Origin: Ferroacidibacillus organovorans
Lineage (GTDB): Bacteria > Bacillota > Bacilli > Alicyclobacillales > SLC66
Assembly: GCF_001642725.1 (NCBI RefSeq)
Contig: NZ_LSUQ01000020.1
Location: forward strand, 1-45,068
DNA length: 45,068 nt
Direction of reading: 5' to 3'
Under the pieces are notes generated by a model, which was not told the origin of the DNA, searched no databases, and worked only from the letters and a program-made list of their open reading frames with translations. This document shows, piece after piece, positions 38,274 to 45,068 of this stretch. Made by a program: the position numbers and the translations under genes. The first letter of the stretch is position 1. Every line of letters starts with the position of its first letter.

Positions 38274-39001
38274 CCATGGATACATCGACGGAGCGACTCT
38301 CTGTGGCGATCGCCACGGAGGACGGAGAAGTGATTGGCGAGACGACCCTCGCCGCTGCGCGGACGCACGCGACGTATCTACACCCTGTGATTGAACAGCT
38401 TCTTTCAGCCGTCCGTTGTTCCTTCGCCGACGTGTCGGGCATCGCAGTAGGTCTTGGACCAGGATCGTATACGGGCGTGCGCATTGCGGTCAGTGCGGCA
38501 AAGGCGTTCGCGTTTGCCAGACGGATTCCGGTGGTTGGCGTCTCTTCGCTTGAGGCGTCCGCGCGTCAGGTAAAGTGCCGCGCAGGTGCTGTGGCTGCTG
38601 TGTTTGACGCGCGGCGAAATGCTGCGTACACCGGGCTATATCGAGCAGGGGTGGAGTGGCAGTTGCTTGCTCCGGAAGCGCGTGCGGCGTACAGCGACAC
38701 GGCAGTTTGGATTCGTGAACACCTTTTGGCGACGGACGGGCTTTATATTGTGGGGGATGGAGCGCATGCGCTTGCGCGTGAACTTGAGGTGTTAGAATTC
38801 CCTTGCATTGTGGCGCAGCGCGCTGTATCTGTCGTGTATGCGCGCGATGTGCTTGACGCAGCGCAGCCAGCGCTGCACGATGCAAGAGGCTGGAGTGAGC
38901 AGGAGGTCATCAAGCGTGCGCACGAGTTGGTACCGCGCTATCTTCAAGTGGCGCAGGCCGAAACCGCGTCTCATCAGGTCGGAGGCGTTGGTCATGGGTG
39001 A
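38261..39001 (+). CDS. tsaB: tRNA t6A biosynthesis protein TsaB
   Basis: LAMDTST, GPGSYTGVRI, DARR and P.YL motifs. Confidence 0.94.
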   Translation: MVQLAMDTSTERLSVAIATEDGEVIGETTLAAARTHATYLHPVIEQLLSAVRCSFADVSGIAVGLGPGSYTGVRIAVSAAKAFAFARRIPVVGVSSLEASARQVKCRAGAVAAVFDARRNAAYTGLYRAGVEWQLLAPEARAAYSDTAVWIREHLLATDGLYIVGDGAHALARELEVLEFPCIVAQRAVSVVYARDVLDAAQPALHDARGWSEQEVIKRAHELVPRYLQVAQAETASHQVGGVGHG

Positions 39002-39509
39002 TTGGACAAAACACATGATTGATGGGAAACCGCTCACATTTCGCCGGATGAATGTGCGCGATATCGATTCAATTCTTGTGATTGAAAAGGCTTCGTTTTC
39101 GGCGCCGTGGTCACGCAGCGCGTTTCTCGGGGAACTGACGGAAAACCATTTTGCGCGCTACACACTGATGATGCTGGGCGAACAAATCATTGGGTACGCA
39201 GGCATGTGGGTGATCATCGATGAGGCGCACATCACAAACATTGCGGTGGCGCCGCCGTATCGCGGCAAGAACCTGGGGGAGACACTGCTGCGCTATGCGA
39301 TGGCAGAGGCGGTGGCGCTCGGCGCAATCCGGATGACTCTTGAGGTGCGTGTCTCCAATACCCCGGCCAAATCGCTCTATGAAAAGTTGGGGTTTCAAGC
39401 GGGGGGCATTCGACAGGGGTATTACACTGACAATCGCGAGGACGCGCTGGTGATGTGGGTTGATCTCCCGCGCGTGCCTGTGCAGGAGGACTCGCATGCG
39501 GCAGAGTGA
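38994..39509 (+). CDS. rimI: Ribosomal protein S18 alanine N-acetyltransferase
   Basis: F..PWS, EAHITNIAV, TLEVRVSN and YY.DNREDAL.MW motifs. Confidence 0.93.
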   Translation: MGDWTKHMIDGKPLTFRRMNVRDIDSILVIEKASFSAPWSRSAFLGELTENHFARYTLMMLGEQIIGYAGMWVIIDEAHITNIAVAPPYRGKNLGETLLRYAMAEAVALGAIRMTLEVRVSNTPAKSLYEKLGFQAGGIRQGYYTDNREDALVMWVDLPRVPVQEDSHAAE

Positions 39510-40599
39510 ATCGCGCGCACACACTGCGCAAACATCATCTCCGGTTGTGGCGCCGGGGATGAGGGATGTCACCGTTCTTGGCATTGAGTCGAGTTGTGAC
39601 GAGACGGCCGCCTCTGTAGTCAGAAATGGCCGCGACATGATGAGTTCTGTGGTGCTCTCGCAAATCGAGGTGCATCAAGCGTTTGGTGGCGTTGTGCCGG
39701 AAGTTGCGTCGCGTGCGCACACAGAGATGATGACGCGTGTGATCGAACAGGCGTTGCGGGATGCGAAGACTACCTTTTCCGACCTTGACGCGATCGCGGT
39801 CACGTACGGCCCTGGCCTCGTTGGCGCATTGTTTGTCGGTGTCACAACGGCAAAGTCGCTCGCGCTCGCCACGGGTCTTCCGCTGATTGGCGTGCACCAT
39901 CTCGCGGGGCACATGGTGGCGTCAGCTTTGTCGCACGGAGCGACGCCGCCTTACCTTGTGCTCATCGCGTCGGGCGGGCATACCGATTTGATCAATGTGT
40001 TGGCGTCGGGTGAAATGGTTCGGCTCGGCAAAACGCGCGATGACGCAGCGGGAGAGGCGTTCGACAAAGTGGCGCGCGCCATGCGCCTTGGCTATCCGGG
40101 CGGGCCGGCGATTTCTGAGGCGGCCAAGCGCGGCGATCCGACGCGCTATGCGTTTCCAATTGCTAAGCTTCCGGATGGACCGTTTGACTTTAGTTTCAGT
40201 GGATTGAAGTCTGCCGTGATGCTCGTTCTCGACAAAGAAAAGCGGGCGGGAAAAGAGAGTTCGATTCCGGATCTCGCGGCGAGCTTTCAAGAGGCGGTCG
40301 TTCAGGCACTCTGCGCGAAGACGGAGGCGGCGCTTTTGCAGACGGGACAGCGAACGCTCGTGTTGGCGGGGGGTGTGGCGGCGAATGAAGCGTTGCGTCT
40401 GGCGCTTCGCGCGCGCTGTGATGCGCTAGGCGTGGAATTTGTCGTGCCGCCTGTCGCGCTTTGCACAGACAACGCGGCGATGATCGCCGCAGCTGGGTAT
40501 GACCGGTATGTGCGCGGCTTGTTTGACGATCTCACGCTCACGGGTGTTGCGACAGCGTCCATTGAGGCGTGGTATGCGGCGCCCGCAACAAAACAGTGA
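39496..40599 (+). CDS. tsaD: tRNA N6-adenosine threonylcarbamoyltransferase TsaD (Gcp)
   Basis: LGIESSCDET, GGVVPEVASR.H, HHLAGH, SGGHT, DDAAGEAFDK and CTDNAAMI motifs. Confidence 0.97.
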   Translation: MRQSESRAHTAQTSSPVVAPGMRDVTVLGIESSCDETAASVVRNGRDMMSSVVLSQIEVHQAFGGVVPEVASRAHTEMMTRVIEQALRDAKTTFSDLDAIAVTYGPGLVGALFVGVTTAKSLALATGLPLIGVHHLAGHMVASALSHGATPPYLVLIASGGHTDLINVLASGEMVRLGKTRDDAAGEAFDKVARAMRLGYPGGPAISEAAKRGDPTRYAFPIAKLPDGPFDFSFSGLKSAVMLVLDKEKRAGKESSIPDLAASFQEAVVQALCAKTEAALLQTGQRTLVLAGGVAANEALRLALRARCDALGVEFVVPPVALCTDNAAMIAAAGYDRYVRGLFDDLTLTGVATASIEAWYAAPATKQ

Positions 40600-40621
40600 G
40601 GCGCATGTGTCGCGTGTCATT

Positions 40622-41596
40622 TCATTCGTCTCGCCAATGAACATCTGGCGCGGACCACGTCAGGTGTTTTTTCATGGGCGCAGAGCATGTGGCGTGAATG
40701 CCATTGCCCTCAGGCGCTGTACGAAATGTGAGATAGGCGGTGCGCTCGCGATCGAGGTGCGGGTCCCTTAGAAAAATTCGTTTCGTGTCGACTTCGGCGG
40801 TGACAGCGCGCGCTCCAAGCACGGTGACGGCGAGGATGTCTGTGTCGATCGAGACGCCAGTCTTTGGATCGATCAGGTGGTGCATGACATGATCCCCTTG
40901 TGAAAATCGACGCTTCCACGTCGCGCTCGTGCAAAGTCCGCACGGCGTTTCGGGCAATCGTAGGGCTGCCGCGAGTTCATTCTGTCGGTGGGGGTGTTGG
41001 ACGCCCAATTGATACAATTCGCCTGTGGACTGCGTTCCCAAAATTGCGATATCTCCTCCGGCGTTTACGATGGCGCCACACATCTCCCCTCCGTAAGTGT
41101 CCAACAGGCGCTGCAGCATGCGATCGGCCGTGAATCCTTTTGCGATGCCGCCGAGATCGATTGGCGCGTGAAGAATAACCTCATCGATGGTGAGCCACGT
41201 AAGCAGTGGATGGCCTTGCTCGATCGACGCGCGCAACACATGTTCAGGTAGCGGTGCACCAGGGTAGCCCACCTGATGAAGTGAAGGAAGAATGCGCGGA
41301 TCAAATGCTCCGCCACTGCGCAGATGGGCTTCGTTCGTCTGTGTAAGCATTTCACGCATCAAAGGTGAGATGCGCAGTGGAGTGCCTATGCTGTGATTGA
41401 GCCGTGTGAGTTCACTGTCTGCGCGAAATCGCGAGAGTGTCGCTTCAATGTGCATGATCTCGCGTTCAAGTTTTTTTAGAAATTCGTCAGGGTTGTCGCT
41501 TTGCGGAAGTGATCGTGCAGCGTAGGAACGATCGATGCGCAGCGAAAAGGTCGTGTTCATCGCCTGAAAGGATCTCTCGTGAATAGGCATGCCCAT
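40622..41596 (-). CDS. apbE: FAD:protein FMN transferase (ApbE family), no signal peptide
   Basis: F.AMNT, LSRF..DSEL..LN, G.FDP, DLGGIAKG, NAGGD, TS and HHLIDP.TG motifs. Confidence 0.9.
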   Translation of the reverse strand: MGMPIHERSFQAMNTTFSLRIDRSYAARSLPQSDNPDEFLKKLEREIMHIEATLSRFRADSELTRLNHSIGTPLRISPLMREMLTQTNEAHLRSGGAFDPRILPSLHQVGYPGAPLPEHVLRASIEQGHPLLTWLTIDEVILHAPIDLGGIAKGFTADRMLQRLLDTYGGEMCGAIVNAGGDIAILGTQSTGELYQLGVQHPHRQNELAAALRLPETPCGLCTSATWKRRFSQGDHVMHHLIDPKTGVSIDTDILAVTVLGARAVTAEVDTKRIFLRDPHLDRERTAYLTFRTAPEGNGIHATCSAPMKKHLTWSAPDVHWRDE

Positions 41597-41664
41597 CGTC
41601 ACACTCCATCGATTGTGCGTACTTCTCTGAGTGTACTGAGTATAGAAAAGGATTTGCAAATAGA

Positions 41665-41704
41665 AAAACGGGAAGTGCCGCATTCTGCTGCGGGCCTTCC
41701 CGTT
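41665..41704 (-). terminator. Intrinsic terminator of the 41743-42321 gene
   Basis: AACGGGAAG...CTTCCCGTT stem followed by a T-run on the minus strand. Confidence 0.7.
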
Positions 41705-41742
41705 GTTTGATTTCTCTAGCGTGAATGATTTTGACTGAAACT

Positions 41743-42321
41743 TTATTTGCCGAGTACGACTTCGCCTTGCGCGACAGGAATTTTGCCTTTGCCAGCCATT
41801 GCTGGTCCTGTGTGTACGACGATACCCCAGGCGTGTGCAGGAATCTTCATAATGTTCTTGCCCTTGATCACGGTCGTTGCCATCGCGTTGCCTTTTGCGT
41901 CAGCCACGAGGTTTGCGAGTGCAAACGCCATACCGCCCATTTTTCCGGCTTTGTCAAAATGAATGTGTTCTGGGTGAACGCTGTGCGGTTTTAAGCCGGA
42001 GACCATGACCATAACGGTCAGCGTATCTGTCTTGGTGTTCAGATCAAGAGTTGCTGTTCCGTGCACTTTGCTGGCTTTGAACGGAGCGAGCGTAGCGTGC
42101 GCGTATTGCACCGCTGCTGTCGCTTTCGTCTTGTCTATTGGTTTCTTTTTGCTCGTTGTGCTTGTTTTGCTCTTCGCGCTTTCCTTGCTCTTTGCGCTTA
42201 CTTTAGTTACGTGTTTTGCGCTGGCAACATGGTGGGTTGTCGCAGCGAATGCGCTGCTGACAGAAGCGAGGCTGACGAGAAGGGAAGCGGCGACTGCGAT
42301 CTTTGCAATTTTTGTGTTCAT
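41743..42321 (-). CDS. Secreted CHRD/Cu,Zn-SOD-like beta-sandwich protein with Lys/Ser-rich linker
   Basis: Signal peptide ending AFA; GL.P..H..HIH, L.NLVADA.G.A, IVVH and PVA.G motifs; RBS GGAGG. Confidence 0.6.
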   Translation of the reverse strand: MNTKIAKIAVAASLLVSLASVSSAFAATTHHVASAKHVTKVSAKSKESAKSKTSTTSKKKPIDKTKATAAVQYAHATLAPFKASKVHGTATLDLNTKTDTLTVMVMVSGLKPHSVHPEHIHFDKAGKMGGMAFALANLVADAKGNAMATTVIKGKNIMKIPAHAWGIVVHTGPAMAGKGKIPVAQGEVVLGK

Positions 42322-42481
42322 TTGTGATGCACCTCCGTAGATTGGTCGGTTACGGTAACCAAACGGTTATTAGTATGTAACCTGTTTGCAATCTAAATGT
42401 AATCTATCGATGTCAACTTTGCAAGCGAGATGAAATGCTATGATGTGACAAGAGTTTGAACATGAGGAGTGCCAATTTTGG

Positions 42482-42540
42482 TTATGCACAGAGTTATCCA
42501 CAGATTCTGTGCATAACTCTGTGCATAACTCTGTGGAAAA
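42482..42540. promoter_or_regulatory. DnaA-box cluster (5 boxes)
   Basis: TTATGCACA 42482, TTATCCACA 42494 (consensus); reverse boxes TGTGCATAA 42508, TGTGCATAA 42520, TGTGGAAAA 42532. Confidence 0.85.
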
Positions 42541-42611
42541 GTGAAAAGATCTTCGCTTGCTCTGTCGTCATTGCGCGCGACTGTGAAGAAAAAAGGTGGA
42601 GGTATGTCGAC

Positions 42612-43274
42612 ATGAATCAGGAGGAACGGTTTATCGAGGCGATTAAGACGAATGACCATGCGGTTGTGAAGGATTCTTTACAAATAGAGCCGGGCTTGAT
42701 GGAGGTCAAACTAAACGGGATCTCACCTCTCATGCTCTCGGTTTACTATGGCGCGCGCGATGTGACAGCCGTATTTCTTTCACGCGGCGTCGAACTGAAC
42801 CTGTTTGAGGCGTCCGCTCTAGGGCAACACGACTCCGTTTTGCGCGAGTTAGACTGTGATTCTGCAGCGCTTAACGCATATTCCGCAGACGGTTTTACCG
42901 CGCTCGGACTGTCCGCTTTTTTCGGTCATGAAGACATTGCGCGAGAACTCCTGAAGCGAGGCGCCGCAGTCGACGTACCTTCGAAAAACGCAATGCGCGT
43001 AGCCCCCCTTCACTCTGCAGTTGCGCATCAACACACGCGGATCGCAGAGTTGCTGCTGGCGCACGGCGCAAATGTGAATCTCACACAACAAGACGGCTAC
43101 ACGCCTTTGCTCGAAGCTGTAGAGAATGGTCAACACGAGATGGTGCAGTTGCTGGTCGCGCACGGGGCAGATATCCATCAAGCCAGTGAGCGCGGCGTGA
43201 CGCCACTGCAGATGGCGGAGACGATGAAGCGCGACGATCTACTGCAAATCATGCGCGAAACGCACGCACAGTAA
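42612..43274 (+). CDS. Ankyrin repeat protein
   Basis: G.SPL..., DGFTAL..., PLHSAV...LL..GA.VN, DGYTPL and GVTPL repeats; RBS GGAGG. Confidence 0.92.
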   Translation: MNQEERFIEAIKTNDHAVVKDSLQIEPGLMEVKLNGISPLMLSVYYGARDVTAVFLSRGVELNLFEASALGQHDSVLRELDCDSAALNAYSADGFTALGLSAFFGHEDIARELLKRGAAVDVPSKNAMRVAPLHSAVAHQHTRIAELLLAHGANVNLTQQDGYTPLLEAVENGQHEMVQLLVAHGADIHQASERGVTPLQMAETMKRDDLLQIMRETHAQ

Positions 43275-43337
43275 CACCTAAAGAATGAGGTAGTGCGCTC
43301 ACTCCAAGGATGGAAGAAATGTCATGACGCTTAGCGT

Positions 43338-45068
43338 TCAGATTTCTTCGGATCGCGCCTCCCACTCGCGATACACATTTGCGAGACGTTCATTTTTTTC
43401 TTGGAGTTGCTCATTGTGCTCGTTGATCGCCACCCAGTCGCCCTGCTCTGAGAGTTCGACCAGGCGCGCCTCATCCACCTTTATCTCTTTTTCTAACTGT
43501 TCAATCTGTTGCTCAAGCGTGGTGAGTCTCGCCAAACGTTTGCGATCCTGCGCTTTCTCCAGTTGCCTGCGCGCGCGTTCATCTTTTGTTCTCGGAGCTT
43601 CTGGCGACAGCGCTTGGCGCGCCGTCTCTTTTACAGTAGGCGTCTCATCACTCTGTTGCGTCTGCGCCGCGAGAAACGACTCATAATTTCCTTCATAATC
43701 AAGCATTCGATTTTCGGTCAGCGACAGAATGCGCGTGGCGAGCGTCGCGAGAAAATAGCGATCGTGCGACACAAACAAGATCGTTCCGGGAAAGTCCAGA
43801 AGCGCCGCTTCAAGCGCTTCTTTGCTCTCGATGTCGAGGTGATTCGTCGGTTCATCAAGAAGGAGCAGGTTCGCCGGAGAGAGAGACAGGATGGCGAGCG
43901 CGAGGCGGCTGCGCTCACCACCGCTCAGATCGCCTACCCGCTTATACACGTCATCCCCGTGAAACAGCACATGGCCGAGCTTCGTGCGAATGACTGTCTC
44001 GGAGCGCGTCGGATAAACGCGCCACAGTGTCTCGATAACCGTGAGTGCCGGGTCGAGCTGTTCTTGCTCCTGCGTGTAATAGCCAAACTCCACGTGTGTA
44101 CCAAAGCGCACCACCCCTTCGCTCTTGCCGACGCCCGCGACGGCGCGCAAAAGTGAGGTTTTGCCGATGCCGTTTTTCCCTAAGAGTGCGACGCGTTCGC
44201 CGCGTCTTAACATGATGGAAAACGGAGCAAACAGCGCGCGTTCCGGTGTACCCACTTTTGCGCAAAAGCGGCGCAGTTCGAGCACATCAACCCCACTTGT
44301 CGTCTCTGGCAAAAACGTGACAAAGGGGAGCTTGCGCGCAGTGGGTTGCTCCACCCGCTCAAGGCGTGCGAGCCAGGTTCGCCGACTCTGCGCGCGCTTG
44401 GTGGTTGATGCGCGCACGATGTTTTTGGCGATAAAATCCTCAATCCGCTCAATCTCCGCTTGTTGCCGCTCAAACGCTTCCACCTGCTGCGCTTCGCGCT
44501 CCTCTTTGAGCGCGGCGTAGACGCTGTAGTTTCCGGGATAGCGAACGGTTTTTCCGTGATCCATTTCATAGGTGACCGTAGTGACGCGATCAAGGAAATA
44601 GCGGTCGTGCGAGATGACGAGCAGAGATTCGCGGTAGCTGCGCAGATAGTCTTCGAGCCACGCGACGGTTTCCAGATCGAGGTAGTTTGTCGGTTCGTCA
44701 AGCATGAGCAAATCAGGCTCAATCAAGAGTTGCCGCGCGAGTTGCAGCCTTGTCTTTTGTCCGCCTGAGAGTGACGCAAAGGGCGTTTCATATTGCTCAG
44801 AAGTAAATCTGAGACCATGCAACACGCGCCGCGTTTTTGCGTCAGCAGAGAAACCGTCACGCTTTTCAAACGCGTGCGTTTTTGTGTCGTAGTCGCGCAG
44901 GAGCTTATCCAGCGTCTCGCCTCGCTGAGACGCATTGGCGATCGCCTCTTCGAGTGCGCGCATCGCAGTTTCGAGTTCATCAAGCTCTGCAAACGCAGAG
45001 CGGGCGTAGCGCCAAACGGTTTCGTCGTCGCCGTGCGCCTCTTTGCGCTGCAGCACGTGACCGATGGT
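43338..45068 (-). CDS. ABC-F family ATPase (YdiF-like), 5' end outside the window
   Basis: Two NBDs (LSGGQK..DEPTNYLD; GKNGIGKT, LSGGE..DEPTNHLD), no TM helices, C-terminal coiled coil; synteny with the tsa operon. Confidence 0.93.
   Translation of the reverse strand, partial: TIGHVLQRKEAHGDDETVWRYARSAFAELDELETAMRALEEAIANASQRGETLDKLLRDYDTKTHAFEKRDGFSADAKTRRVLHGLRFTSEQYETPFASLSGGQKTRLQLARQLLIEPDLLMLDEPTNYLDLETVAWLEDYLRSYRESLLVISHDRYFLDRVTTVTYEMDHGKTVRYPGNYSVYAALKEEREAQQVEAFERQQAEIERIEDFIAKNIVRASTTKRAQSRRTWLARLERVEQPTARKLPFVTFLPETTSGVDVLELRRFCAKVGTPERALFAPFSIMLRRGERVALLGKNGIGKTSLLRAVAGVGKSEGVVRFGTHVEFGYYTQEQEQLDPALTVIETLWRVYPTRSETVIRTKLGHVLFHGDDVYKRVGDLSGGERSRLALAILSLSPANLLLLDEPTNHLDIESKEALEAALLDFPGTILFVSHDRYFLATLATRILSLTENRMLDYEGNYESFLAAQTQQSDETPTVKETARQALSPEAPRTKDERARRQLEKAQDRKRLARLTTLEQQIEQLEKEIKVDEARLVELSEQGDWVAINEHNEQLQEKNERLANVYREWEARSEEI

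Noticed and set aside
42481..42540. CRISPR-like or minisatellite repeat
   Set aside because: 12-bp units without unique spacers and no cas genes; the units match DnaA boxes
42330..42600. Possible oriC
   Set aside because: No dnaA or dnaN adjacent and no clear DnaA-trio or AT-rich unwinding element; better explained as a non-origin DnaA-box cluster
42456..42611. N-terminal extension of the ankyrin ORF with LCIT repeats
   Set aside because: Artefact of translating the DnaA-box array; RBS GGAGG supports ATG 42612

Overview
The window looks like chromosomal DNA from a spore-forming Bacillales with fairly high GC. Gene content suggests an Alicyclobacillaceae-like organism, but that is inference. 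Most of it is conserved backbone: two S9 peptidases, tlpA-ccdA, a cobA(-hemD-like) fusion, an RND pump, queD-queE-queC, an LCP protein, ydcC-alr-ndoAI-ndoA, ahcY, an ECF sigma/anti-sigma pair and thiL-tsaE-tsaB-rimI-tsaD...ydiF (ABC-F). Two accessory inserts stand out. (1) A visibly AT-richer block of about 10 kb (~3.6-13.8 kb) encodes a LacI regulator, a GH35 glycosidase, a family-5 (Opp/Dpp-type) ABC importer and a divergent SatP/UreI-fold channel. It carries a twice-repeated LacI operator, and its binding-protein gene is flanked by an orphan Shine-Dalgarno and a hairpin. (2) An insert between tsaD and ydiF encodes ApbE, a secreted cysteine-free His/Met-rich CHRD/SOD-like protein and an ankyrin protein. 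It also contains a palindromic array of five DnaA boxes at 12-bp phasing, in the interval where B. subtilis has its gcp-ydiF DnaA-box cluster. No rRNA, tRNA, CRISPR array, transposase or prophage was recognised. All calls come from manual motif reading; no database searches were run.
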